A DNA stretch of 64,000 nucleotides, taken from Trichoplax adhaerens (lineage: Eukaryota; Animalia; Placozoa). Below the pieces are notes generated by a model. That model was not told the origin of the DNA. It did not search any database and was given only the letters and a program-made list of their open reading frames with translations. A program made the translations under genes and the position numbers. The stretch's first letter is position 1. Each line of letters starts with the position of its first letter. Below, one piece after another: positions 1 to 11,820 of this stretch. The stretch lies in the NCBI RefSeq assembly GCF_000150275.1, contig NW_002060985.1, positions 12,881 to 76,880 on the forward strand, given 5' to 3'.

Positions 1-839
1 TTAAAGTTTTGATGAATTTTCAGGATACAATTGAAGCCGAAACGTTGTGCTGTACGGCCACATAATGCATATCCAAAACGAACAATATCGATTTGAATTT
101 TACTGTCGGTTAGTAGCGGACTCTGCAGAATTAATAATGAAATTTTAGGATGATTTTTACTGTATAAACAATTTTCTGCATTCTATTTTATCCAAAACCA
201 TATAGATTAAATATACTACTATAATACTAACGTAAATCTAATGCAATCCTCTTCTTAATACAAATTCTTTATCGTAGCTAAAAACTAGCGGTGCTCACGC
301 ATATTAAGGTTATCAGGCTATAGCTCCATCAAATAGTTTAATTATTACTTAGATTTAATTAATTTTCATCCTATTGCCTTAATGCTATTATTACGGCATA
401 GCGTAATAGCCGCATACATTTAATCTCATAGAACGATTATTATGATTATCCCGCTAATTACAGGCATAGTTGAAATCATCTTTGCACTAGAACTTGTAAA
501 TTATAATTATACCGATAATTACTGTAACAATTTTTATAGAATGTCATCGACTCGTCGTAGTTGTTTAGTAATACTATAGTATCCAATAATATATAGGTAA
601 TGCATACTTCTGTGAAGGTGAAGAAAAAACTTAATTAACTCATTTGCATTCAAGTAGAAAAGAGAGAGCATGTACAAATACTGCTGATGATTGAAAACTA
701 CCATTTATCACCGCCGTACCCACGCATATCCCAAAGGTCGTTTCTGAATGCGTACAGTAAATTCTTCCATTTCAATTATTGAAATACTCTGAATGGTAAG
801 AACTAATTCCGTTAGCTAACTTGTTCAAACAGCAAAATT

Positions 840-2227
840 ATGGCTTCTAATACAAGTGGCAAAATTCAAACAACCTGCGAAACGAATAGCCTATGGGAGA
901 ATAATGCTTTATATGATTCGGATCATAGCGAAATGAGCGATATCGATCTCAACTCACAGTATGTTGATATCTAGCATGAAAAAGAAGTCTATAACTACGG
1001 TTTACTCGACGATATGGCAGTAACAGATGTCGAAGGCAACGATGAAAACAATTTTTATACTCCACGTGTGGAGCATACGTCGCCACTGCAATTTCTAGAC
1101 TATACTAATATTTGGCAGCCGGCTAAAAATGCTCGACCAATGCCGCATAGTTTCAGAGGTGATCACGGCTTAACCGTAGATACTGCTGGCTTCCATCCTC
1201 GAGATTACTTTAGACTATTTGTTACCGAAGATTTACTAACCTATTTTGTAGCAGAAACAAACTTATTTGCTCTACAGTATCTGCGCGATTATCCAAAAAC
1301 ATACAAGTTTGCTAAACTTCCGAGCTGGATACCCACTACCGTAGCTGAAATGAAAAGTTTCTTGGCTTGTTATTGCTGATGGGTATCATTCGAAAGCTAT
1401 ATATTAGCCATTGCTGGTTTACTGAATGATTTATATGATACACCAATCTTTCGATCGGTTATGACTTGTCATCGTTTTCAATTGCTTTTAAAATTTTTCC
1501 ACCTGCACGATAACGATAACATGTCAGACAAGACTGACCCTAATCATGATCGCCTGTATAAAGTAAGACTACTAATAGATCATCTATTGGAATATTTTCA
1601 AGCAGTTTATGTCGTGAAACAGAATTTGGCAATCGATGAATCTTTTCTTGTCTGGAAAAAAGGCTCTAACTTCAAGATTTTCGCTTTAAACGTACCCGCT
1701 TCGGAATCAAACTAATTCGCCTTTGCGAATGCAGTACTGGATACACTTTTCGATTTAAGTTATACGTCAATGATAAAGATCCAACTGAGTGCTTAAAGCA
1801 GATACTACCTATTCATTCTTAGAACTTTAATAAAGCTGAAAAGCTGGCAACATTTCTGTTGCTACCTCTATTAGACCAGGGCTACAATATTTACATAGAC
1901 AATAATCGATTATCGCTCGATTTATGCTCATTTCTGCACCGACGTAAAACCAATGCTTGTGGCATGCTAAATTCCAGCAAAATACCTGAAATAATTCGCG
2001 GTGTAAGCACTGCATTTAAATCAACTTCTGCCTATCGATCAGGCTCTATTCTTTGCTTAAAACAAATGAATAAAATACCTCTTTATATGCTAACCAGCAT
2101 TCGTGATTAGTAGATAGCTGAAGAACTTAAAGAAAGTGACGAAGCGTATGGTCAATATCGTCAAGGAAGGCCTTCGGCGATGCTTTGCTAAATGAAAAAT
2201 ATGAGGAATATAGACAAGCAAGATCAG
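840..2227 (+). mobile_element. Decayed piggyBac (PGBD, DDE_Tnp_1_7-type) transposase with stops and frameshifts
   Basis: Collinear piggyBac motifs run across frames: YFRLFVTEDLLTYFVAETN, WIPTTVAEMKSFL, RFQLLLKFFHLHDN..DRLYKVRLLIDHL, LAIDES (1st catalytic D), RFGIKL..LCECSTGY, LLDQGYNIYIDN (2nd D), MRNIDKQDQ (3rd D, cf. MGGVD..DQ). The ATG at 840 is in frame with ORF 1014 but interrupted by a TAG. No TIR/TTAA ends were identified. Confidence 0.9.
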
Positions 2228-2789
2228 GTAAGTGAGCATTCTTACGCATCATAGAATGCTAGTAATTATCATCTAGGTCTTAATGTAAAACATTTAATAC
2301 ATCTTACCCACTGTCTATAGTAAAATCTTAATCAATTATCCTATTTATGCGTGTTCCAGTCTAGTTTTGAATATATTAGATTTAAGATCCAGAAGTATGA
2401 ATTGTAATATACTTAATTCAAGTCTGAATACAACGACAACAGTTAATTTTAATATAAAATTTGTTTAAAACTCTACTGAGACCCTAGATAAACTCGCAAA
2501 TGAGCATGTTACAAGAGTACAAGCAGAGCTTTAGAAAATTTATAGTAAATCTTTAACTGAAACATACTTGAAATAGCCTTTGATACCGCTTATCCATTGC
2601 AATATTTTCTCTTATACTTTAGAAATACCCGGCATTTTTATCATCTACTTTAAATTTCAAATAATTCTGGGAAAGTTAAGGGTACCTCAAGAGTTATATA
2701 AGGAATTGTGATGGACGGTTCGAAGAGTCAGATAATGTGGTTTTAGTTGCCATGCAGAGAATTGCACAAGGAGCTTAACAGGGAAATTG

Positions 2790-3453
2790 TCCAGTGGATC
2801 TTCACTTATCATCAACAGTAGTATTAATAGCAATGCAATCAATTTCGGACGACTCGACGTAGTTATTGGAAGGAGCGAAATAGTACCATTAAGTAGCAAT
2901 TTACTATAAACGATGCTCATGTCATTGGCCAACATGCTGGATATGCAGGAGCTGTTAGCAAATTTGATGGTAGTATTTTTGGAAAAGATAAAGTTAAATA
3001 CGCTTTGGCTTATATGAAATGTACTGGTTTTGAAAGATCTCTTTCCCAATGTTCGGGATACAATTCTAATGTTACGAGCTGTAATAACAGCTATGCAGGA
3101 GTAATTTGCTAGAGTAAGCAATATTCTATATCTTTTACGGGATATTTTAATGACGGTAGATCATGTTATAAGAAGTTGAAAATGCCATAGTTTTTAATCA
3201 TACATTATCTATATCCATCAGTGTATATCATACCGAAACACAAAAGATACCGTTTATTGTAAAAGTGTCTCTGTTACTAATAATTACCATCCCAATTAAT
3301 TGGTATCTTATAATTTTAATTTTATCATTTTATAAACAGCCAATAAGCCTTGCACATCAAATCCTTGCCAAAATGGTGGCTCCTATATAAATATATTTTT
3401 TGGATTTCAATGTAAATGCGGTATTAATTACTTTGGAAGAAAATGTGTTAGTG
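2790..3453 (+). pseudogene. SRCR domain exon plus EGF domain exon (scavenger-receptor-like pseudogene fragment)
   Basis: The + strand reads FGRLDVVIG.../DAHVIGQHAGYAGA..FG..MKCTGFERSLSQC..SCNNSYAGVIC* (SRCR pattern). A phase-1 GT-AG intron (3114-3339) leads to exon 3340-3453, NKPCTSNPCQNGGSYINIFFGFQCKCGINYFGRKC (EGF). Lesions: frameshift near 2900, TAG at 3110-3112, Cys->Gly in SRCR and Cys->Tyr in EGF. Not in the ORF track. Confidence 0.8.
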
Positions 3454-5950
3454 GTAAGTTAATTTCATTTGTATAAGCTACCATTCGGCACGATGACAAC
3501 GCTATACTATTCCTTTTATTAATTAATTAATTTTATGCTATCAATCTATATGTTTTGCATCATCATTTATGTTGATACTGCCGAAAATTCGCTAAAAATT
3601 TATAGCGAAACTACTTCCTGAAAAGAATAGATAATCCTCAGTACCGTACTCAATTTCGAATTATATTGCTATAGCAGTTTCAAAAGCTTCTGGGTCCATA
3701 AGACTTGTCGGACAGTTGGAAAATAGTATGCAAGGGCTCTAACCCTAACCCTTAACATAGCTTACGTTGCTATTCTATTCAAAATAAAGTCATCAAACCT
3801 TTCTTAAAATTCCAACTCTGATCAAAATTTTGACCTAAAAGTACAGGTTTGAAGTAATTTTTAACCAGTTACAGCTTCTCTAATATAGTTAACATTCATG
3901 TTAAAAGAATCTAGACGCAAAATTACTGTCAGCGTTAATGTAATCAGTCATGTAGGCTTCTAACTTTTAAATTACATACGTATAATTGCTACAACGCAAA
4001 TTTGGTCCTCTATAAAATATTTTAGCATTTTCGTGGAGAAACAGTTTTGCTAACAGCCCAATGGAAATTGGAATACTGGCATAGAAAGCTAATCAACAAG
4101 TACGGATGCTATCTCCACGACGATTTAAACTCCCATCATTATCATCAAATACAGAACCACGGCTGCATCTTTGCTGATATAAAAAGTCGCTCTAAATGGT
4201 GATTTACCTTTACAGAAGTTCGTATCTACCGGTTAATGATTTATTACTCTTCAGAGTTACTTTATGAGTGTTTGATACGAGTGTACAAGATACTATTCTT
4301 GTAAATGATGGGATCAAGCTACAGCTTAAATTTTTGGCATCATCTATATGTACCCGTAATAGTTCTTATAACATAAATTTATGATATTTAGAAAAATACA
4401 TTCCATTAGCCATAGTGAAAGTCGATATAGGGTTTGATTTCTATGTTGATCATTAGACAGTAATTACTGTATTGCAAACTAAAAAAGTAGTTTTGCAGTT
4501 ATCGAGAGGTTAGTATTTAATTTTAAAGTTTGAACTTACAAAACAATAAAACTAAATTTTTATACTGAACTTATTTTTTTGCTTTTATTGGCTGCAGGAC
4601 GATTTATTTAGTAACAATATTAGAAAGGTAGTTCGTGATGAGGACAATATTTTGGACTTCTCCATTATACAATCGAGAAATAGGGTAATCGATCAAAAGC
4701 TAATCTTCACTACCAAACGGAAAGCAAGCATTCAATGTTATCATGATAAATAGTTATAATACCTATTTGTAATACAAACTGTAGCCTTAATGATATCCTA
4801 AGGTCATAGCATAAACGATAAATTAATTCTAGTTAAGAAACGCTTTCATAAGTTAATGTTAGTATTACAAATGAATTGTCAGGTTTACCCATCTTGACCG
4901 AACCAGAGACTGTATTCTTCTACATGTTGGATAACCTTCTCAATGAGTTCCTGTCTTAGCTATGGAAAGTCTTGGAGAAACATTGCATTGAGGATGTCGT
5001 TCAACTGCAATGAATATCGCATTCTCCATTTTCAAAGTCAATTATGAACCATTCTCCAAATGTTATTTTTATATCTAGTAACGGAAGTTGTAAATATATT
5101 TTGCTTTGGGTCTTGCAGAAAATCCTTTCCGATACATTGATATTCTAGGTTGGATAAATTCATCTTGTCAACATAAATAGTTATTGTTATTCAAACCAAT
5201 AAAATAAATACAAAATAACAACCAGATCTAACAGCAGATTAACAAGAAGATGATGTGTTATTTACATGACTACGGGCCCCTTTTGTTGTTGAACATATTA
5301 AGTTGACATTAATTTGCTGCGGAAGTAAATACTAGACTAATTACTGGTTATGATAGATTAGAGGGATTGTTGTTAGCCAATACCAGGTAGGCTATTATCA
5401 TAATTTGTTTTTTAACATGGATATTATGTTTATCGTTGGCTGTCCTAATTGTTATTTATTTCAGCTCAGCAAATAAAGTGATAGATAGAATTGTCTCCAA
5501 GTGGAAATAACGTCATATGATGATACTGTAAGCGTAAGAAATAGAAGATTGAATTAAAAATGTCAAGGTATGAAAGTTTATAAACGCTTGATGCCCCAAT
5601 GCTATTACCTATTACCCTCCTTATTAGATTAATCACGGCAGTGGCATGGAATGATGATGATGAATGGAGCGATTTGTAGTAGTCTTTGAGGTATACACTT
5701 GCATAATATGTGATGTAAGTAACTAAATTACCTTTTAATGAATTGTATAATGATATTGTTCCTACTTTGATGATGTTGATGTCGATGACAAAATTAGATA
5801 CTGTTTTATTCACATCAAGCCATGAAAACCTTTATTAAAATATAATCAGATTGATCCTATGCAGAAGTCAATAGAATGAATAAACTAGTCCCCAACTGAT
5901 TGACAGGGTTACAAGAAGTAGATTTCTAAGAATTATGTTTTTGCTTTTTC

Positions 5951-7100
5951 TACGGTATGCATTCTACCTAAGCAAGTATGTCGGAAATATCCTTATTGAA
6001 GATTATATCTGTTGGATTAGAAGTATATCTACAGCTAATACAATACTAGTAAGTCATGTAACTTACGAAGACAACAATGTTCTGTCTCAATCCTTGTGAA
6101 ATAGAAAATTAAAAATACTGTCTATCAAGGCAGAAATTTCTACTATGGATCGAATATTTGGGTCCCAAACTCGCCACGCTTGCTTTCTATTTGCAATGCA
6201 GAGATAAAAATAAATAAACTAAAACCCGACTGTCGACAGTAAAGTAGACTCATAGCTAGCCATCTTGTTTGCCCTTATTTTTTTCTTAGGTAAGTCTGAA
6301 ATTATACGTAGATAACTTTTCTATTTCTATGGCATAATTCTCTATTAATTAATTAATATTCTGGGGTGTGCATTCTACCTAAGGAAGTGTACCGGAAATA
6401 TCTATATTTCTTGGACAATACACATTCTATTAACTGAATACCAATTAATAATGTTGCCTACAAAGACAACATCATCATTCTATTCTAACCTTTATGAAAT
6501 AGTAAATTAAATACTGTCTATCAAGGCAGAAATTTCCATTATAGTTTGAATATTTAGATCCAAAACCCGCCACGCTTGATTTCTATTTACAATTCAATAT
6601 AGAAACATATAATATATTGACTGTTGAGATCCATTTTAGAAACTAAAAGCCGGCTGTATAGAGTAAGATAGCTTAAACTTGTATCGGGCCATCCGGTTGA
6701 TATGGCTATGATTCTTTCTCAGAAAGTGTAAAATTATACGTAGATGACCTTTCTATTTCTATAGTATGATTTTGATTCTTTTTTTTAACATAGCAATCTT
6801 CTGCGGTGTGCATTCTACCTAAGCAAGTATAGCAGAAATATCCTTACTGAAGTCCATATTTCTTAGATTATACGCATGCAATAAGATACCAATTAGTATT
6901 GTTGCCTACGTAGACAGTTTCTTTCTATCCTAGTGAAATAGAAAATTAATATGCCGTCTATCTAGGCACTAATTTCCATATGGATCCAATATTTGAATCC
7001 AAACTGCCGCACTCGTGTTCTATTTACAATTCAATATAGAAACATAAATCATGTGGACTTATAAAGCTGAGTTTACAAACTGAAATCCGACTGTAAAGAG
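5951..7100. repeat. Three diverged tandem copies of a ~410-440 bp unit
   Basis: GCATTCTACCTAAG recurs at ~5959, 6370 and 6810. GTCTATC(A/T)AGGCA and GAAATAG(A/T)AAATTAA recur at matching offsets. Confidence 0.85.
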
Positions 7101-7479
7101 CCAAGTAAGGTTATCCAAATCGTATCATAAGAGTTTTCCGATCATAATAATCAAGGACTACTCCAATCAATCTTCACATTGACTCTCCACTCCAATTTTT
7201 GCTCTTTACAATAAAAAATGGACACATTGATCATCTGAAAGATACGAGTAAAGGATAATTAGGAAAATTTTAATGGAGAGAGAGTGGAAAAATTGGAGTT
7301 GAGCGCCGGATCGTGTTTAAACATTTTGGATTGATGGAAGAATGGCAAGAAATGGATGATATTCCTTGTCATGAAGCAATTGACTATAGAAATAGCCTTT
7401 TCGCATCGAGTATCTCTCTCATAATCAGGCATTGCTATCTTTTATATAGTATACCAGTAATAATACTCTTACTCCATCT

Positions 7480-7975
7480 TGACAGGATCTACTTCTGCGA
7501 TTGAAATTAACAGCAGGTAAAACTGAGTATGTTCTCCATTGTACAAGAAAGAAAACTGCCTCCTATTGAAAAGTGCAAGCTAACGTAGAAGTAGAAGAAA
7601 GTACTAATCAACAAAAGGAAAATTAGTATTTGCCATGCAATATCCACACGGCTGCCGTCATCCACTGCTTTCTTGGACAAGGTATATGATTCATACAGTA
7701 TTACTCCATGCTAACAGAACCTAGTGCTATCATTGAAATCAGCAGCAAGTAAAACTGAAGATGCTCTCGGTTGTGCAAGAGTAAAGACCCTGTGATGCTG
7801 AAAAGTGCAGACTAGATAGGAGAATGGCGAGTGGTCCATGATACTGCGTCCATGCCAAAAATCAATGGTTCAACTCCTACTACTCCTTACTGACAGGATC
7901 GACGTACTTTTACCATTGAAAATCAACAGCAAGTAAAGAGGAAGCTATCGTCCGCCATACAAGAGTAGAGATAGA
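7480..7975. repeat. Three strongly diverged tandem copies, ~180-230 bp
   Basis: ATTGAAA..CAGCA(G/A)GTAAA...CAAGA recurs near 7500, 7732 and 7915. Confidence 0.6.
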
Positions 7976-10460
7976 GTTATACTGCGTTAGCAAAAGAAAA
8001 AAAAAGTAGTAAATCATCGATGGATCCATGCCAAAGAGATTCATAAGCTACCGGTATAAAATTCAATTTACTGGATGATAGAATAGAGGCTGAACAATCA
8101 ATGGAGTCTACAAGATGATCCTACTCCATGGAATCTTGTTGTTTCTATTGGAAAGAGTAGACTAGCGGCAAACATCAAGAATAGCTAAAGTGAATAAGTA
8201 GCTTTATTTACATAACAGTAGAATGGCTTGTCTACTCCTACCTTTTGATGAAAAGATGGATTGTATATAGAATTCCTCTACTCTATAAGTCCTGCAATGG
8301 TAGCAATGTTATCCAATACAATTGGAGATGATTATGTCTCCATGTTAATTAACTTGCCTCTTCTACTCAATTGTTATCCACCATCCTATACTAGAGTAAG
8401 TAGCGATTATGTAATCGGCCATGCCACCTCGCAGAGTAGAATATCAACACTTTCCACTATAGAGAATCACTCCTTCTCAAGTGTAAAGTGTAAAAGATTG
8501 CCTTAAACTTACTCCATTCTACTAGTCAAATCGACTGGAATCAGCGCCTCGATAGGTCCATTATTGACGGGCTAATAGCACTAACGAGTGATTAAGCCGT
8601 TGAACGATTCCGTTATCCTTCAATCTTGTAATCTAATTAGTGGCAAGCAGTTGCATCGACTTGTCCTTACTTTCTATTCTATAATTCTTGATTTTAATCT
8701 GCCATCTCTGATTCTCGGAAGATAGTTTTCTCCTTCAAGTAGCGGTTGGATAGGTTAGTTAGTATTTTTCGGCTCATGGTAGCAACGCGAGAAGGGGGGG
8801 GGGGAGTGGAATTAAGCCGTTGAACGATTCGACGATTGATTCTTGCAATCGAATTAGCGGCAAACAGTCCTATCGATTTCTTCTTGTTCTCTGTTATTTA
8901 ATAATTAATTTCCATCTTCTATTCTTGGTAGATCCTTTCCTCCGCTCATTGACTGATTCATGTCCTGTGGGTATTTCTCTCCACTCCATTCATCAAGTCC
9001 GCCATTGAAGACTATTACGAAGAAGAAATTATCCGGTAAGCTAAGCCTACTATAGCCATTCTGGAAATTGTTATCATTCATCGATAGGAAAGGATACTTG
9101 TATTTAATATGGGTCCTAGCCCAAAGGATGATGAAAAGAGAGTATCTAGACTAGTATCAATCCTACTTGAGTTAAGGAAAAGAGGTATCCTATCGTTGGT
9201 GATGGACACTAATGATCACTACGGCTATTGCTTAAGCGATGACAAAGCCATATTGTTCTCTTTCCAATGTCCACATCGCCATGATGGCCAGCAAGGGGAT
9301 GACAATCTATTTTCAGAGAGGGTTGGGATAAAATCATTTCCTTGATCGTTGAATAAAATATCAATATCATTTTAACTCGATTCAAATCACCATTGCCTTC
9401 TCTACGTCTTAGCGTAGGATAGGATTTCATCTAGCAGGTATCAGTTACGTATTATTAAATATCTTATCATCGATCATCGATGAAAGCTATCCATGCTTCA
9501 ATGTTGATGATAACTCATTTAATGTCAATCTATTCAGTATTTTCTAATTGAAAAATAGTATTGATAATACACCATTGCCAATTCTCTTCATTGAGTTCGC
9601 CCTGATTGAGCCATCATAGTATATTTGATCATCTTTGTTGGCCCTAATGGATGGAGACTTTCGTTCAAACATAATATTGGTAGGACGGTTTCTGTCCAAC
9701 AATCCATTGGCCACTGTTAAAATCATCTACTAGCCATCGTTATTTTTGTTCCAATATGATTTCATAATTTACTGCAGTTTGGCAAAGGAAATTGTACAAG
9801 CCTTGATGTGCTTTTCCTTAGCAATGACCGATGTTGTCGACTAATTGCAATAGTAACCATTTATTTTTCTTTCGCCACTGTGTACATTAGTCCAATAATT
9901 AGAATCAATCTATTCTTCCATCGTCACTTTATTGATCCCACATAACGACTCGATGATGGCGCCACCCGCATATGGTAACATTTTATGGCCAATAGCCACC
10001 ATGATCAAGCCATCCTAGTGATTGTGGATAACTTTCGCATTGAATTTGAATGATCTAAAACGATAGCAAGCTTTTATCGACGTGTTCGGTACCGGCACAG
10101 GATTCTCAATGCCATTCGATCCATTTTATCACGTCCTGTTTTGCTACCATCTACCCTAGTGATAAAATGATTCTTTATTTGCTTCGATTGCTCTTCCATG
10201 ACTTAATTGGATTATTTTTCTATGATACTGTATAAGTTAATTACATTGATTAGTGTTGAATAGTAACGAAGCTAAACCAGAATGAGTTATTACCCCTTGA
10301 TCCTTTTCAGTCAAAGTTGGAAATGATAGCAGTACTAACCCCAACCGCGACCAATTCATGAATCATGCTACTCCAATCGCAGTTTCTTTTTCTACCCATC
10401 AGAAATGCCGGTAGTCTATTTGCGATCAAATCATGGCCACCTTGTATCATATAATCAACA

Positions 10461-10795
10461 ATTCTTTCTTGACAATTTGCTTTGCTCTTCACGATAATCA
10501 CACACGTTGAAATTAGATCGCCGATGAGCATGTTGGATGGTATTTTGCCTCCATTCGGCTATCTAATAACTTGCTTCTCTAGACAGAGACTGCTGGAGAA
10601 TGGCTAAAATCATAGTCACCTTGGGTCAACAATTCATTCTTGACAATTTGCTTTAGCAGTATCCTTTGCTTTGCTCTTCATGCTAAACACACTCGTTGAA
10701 ATTAGATCGTCGATGAGCTTGTTCGATGCTATTTTGCCTCCATTCGACTACTTCATAACTTGCTTTTCTAGTCAGCGACTGCAGGAGAATTGCTG
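10461..10795. repeat. Two-copy tandem duplication, ~175 bp
   Basis: TTCTTGACAATTTGCTTT...GTTGAAATTAGATCG.CGATGAGC..TATTTTGCCTCCATTCG...GACTGC.GGAGAAT occurs twice. Confidence 0.85.
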
Positions 10796-11014
10796 ACTTG
10801 CCTGTTTTAAAGGCTAAAATAAGCATCCATTTCCATAGACGACAAGAGAGTAGCAAGTCTAAGTTATTTTCTCGAAAATGACCTTAGTTATATCCAATGA
10901 TTTGCTCCTAATGGATAACAGAGTTTTACAAATGATAATATAGCGATCGTAGTGGAGTTGTAAGTTACCAGGTATCATTTTGGGCAGACTTGATTGGCTA
11001 AAGTTTTTCGATTG

Positions 11015-11600
11015 GATCCTAAAGTTAGATTCCTCTAGTAATGGCGAAAACAGATCGTTGATGATCTTTTGGCGCCATTAGCCTTCTATCGCATGATTTG
11101 ATCTTAATGTTAGACTCTTATACAGAAATGAGCTTGTAATGACGAAAGCAATTCGTTCTGATGTTTTTAGCTCGATATTAGCCTTATTTGTATCGCATAA
11201 ATTGATCCTAAGGTTAGACAATCATTCTGCAATTAGTTTATAGTAACGAAAGCACAACGTTGAGGACATTTTGGCCTTACCCCTATCGCATGATTCAATC
11301 GTAAAATTCTGCAATGTCCAAGTTTTAAGATTAGTTTATAGTCAGGAAAGAAGTAAGATAGGATTGAATCCGTATAGTCCGTATAGTCTGGTTTACAGTC
11401 CAGAAAGCAGCTACAGGTATGATTTAGATCCAAAATTAGACGCCAGTTTTGGATTTGGTTTAGAGTTAGGAAAGCAGTCAAGGGTATCGTCTGATCTTAA
11501 ATTCCAGATAAGTTTTGGACTTGGTTTAGAGTCAGGAAAGAAGTAAGGGCATAGTTTGATCTTAAATTGGAGGCAAATTTTGAAATTAGCTCATAGCCAG
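11015..11600. repeat. Degenerate short tandem repeats upstream of the first fucosyltransferase
   Basis: Recurrent GATC(C/T)TAA.GTTAGA, TATCGCAT and AGTCAGGAAAGAAGTAAG blocks at ~65-110 bp spacing. Confidence 0.55.
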
Positions 11601-11820
11601 GAATGACCATCGTGTTTTAGCCCACTGGAACGTTAATCATGCTATTCGTATCATAGCTTGTAAAATAAGATTAGACTTAAAATCATGACTGAGAATGTAG
11701 CCTACCTCACTAATCGACTCTTGATCGAATAAGATACACGTACTAAACTATCAAATGTACTTTCTTCACTCATTCAATTCTATCTCTAAAAATAGACGTA
11801 TTTAGGCGCTAGCTGCCATC

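Noticed and set aside
2687-3121. 144-aa minus-strand ORF
   Set aside because: Antisense shadow of the + strand SRCR exon; no recognisable motif.
3739-3751. CTAACCCTAACCC telomere-like or telomerase-template-like motif (also TTAGGGTTTTAGGGTT near 59927)
   Set aside because: Only about two units, with no supporting RNA structure recognised; plausible by chance.
4880-5165. Minus-strand LPLLDIKIT resembling the RT 'LPFLD' motif
   Set aside because: Single short motif with no collinear RT motifs around it.
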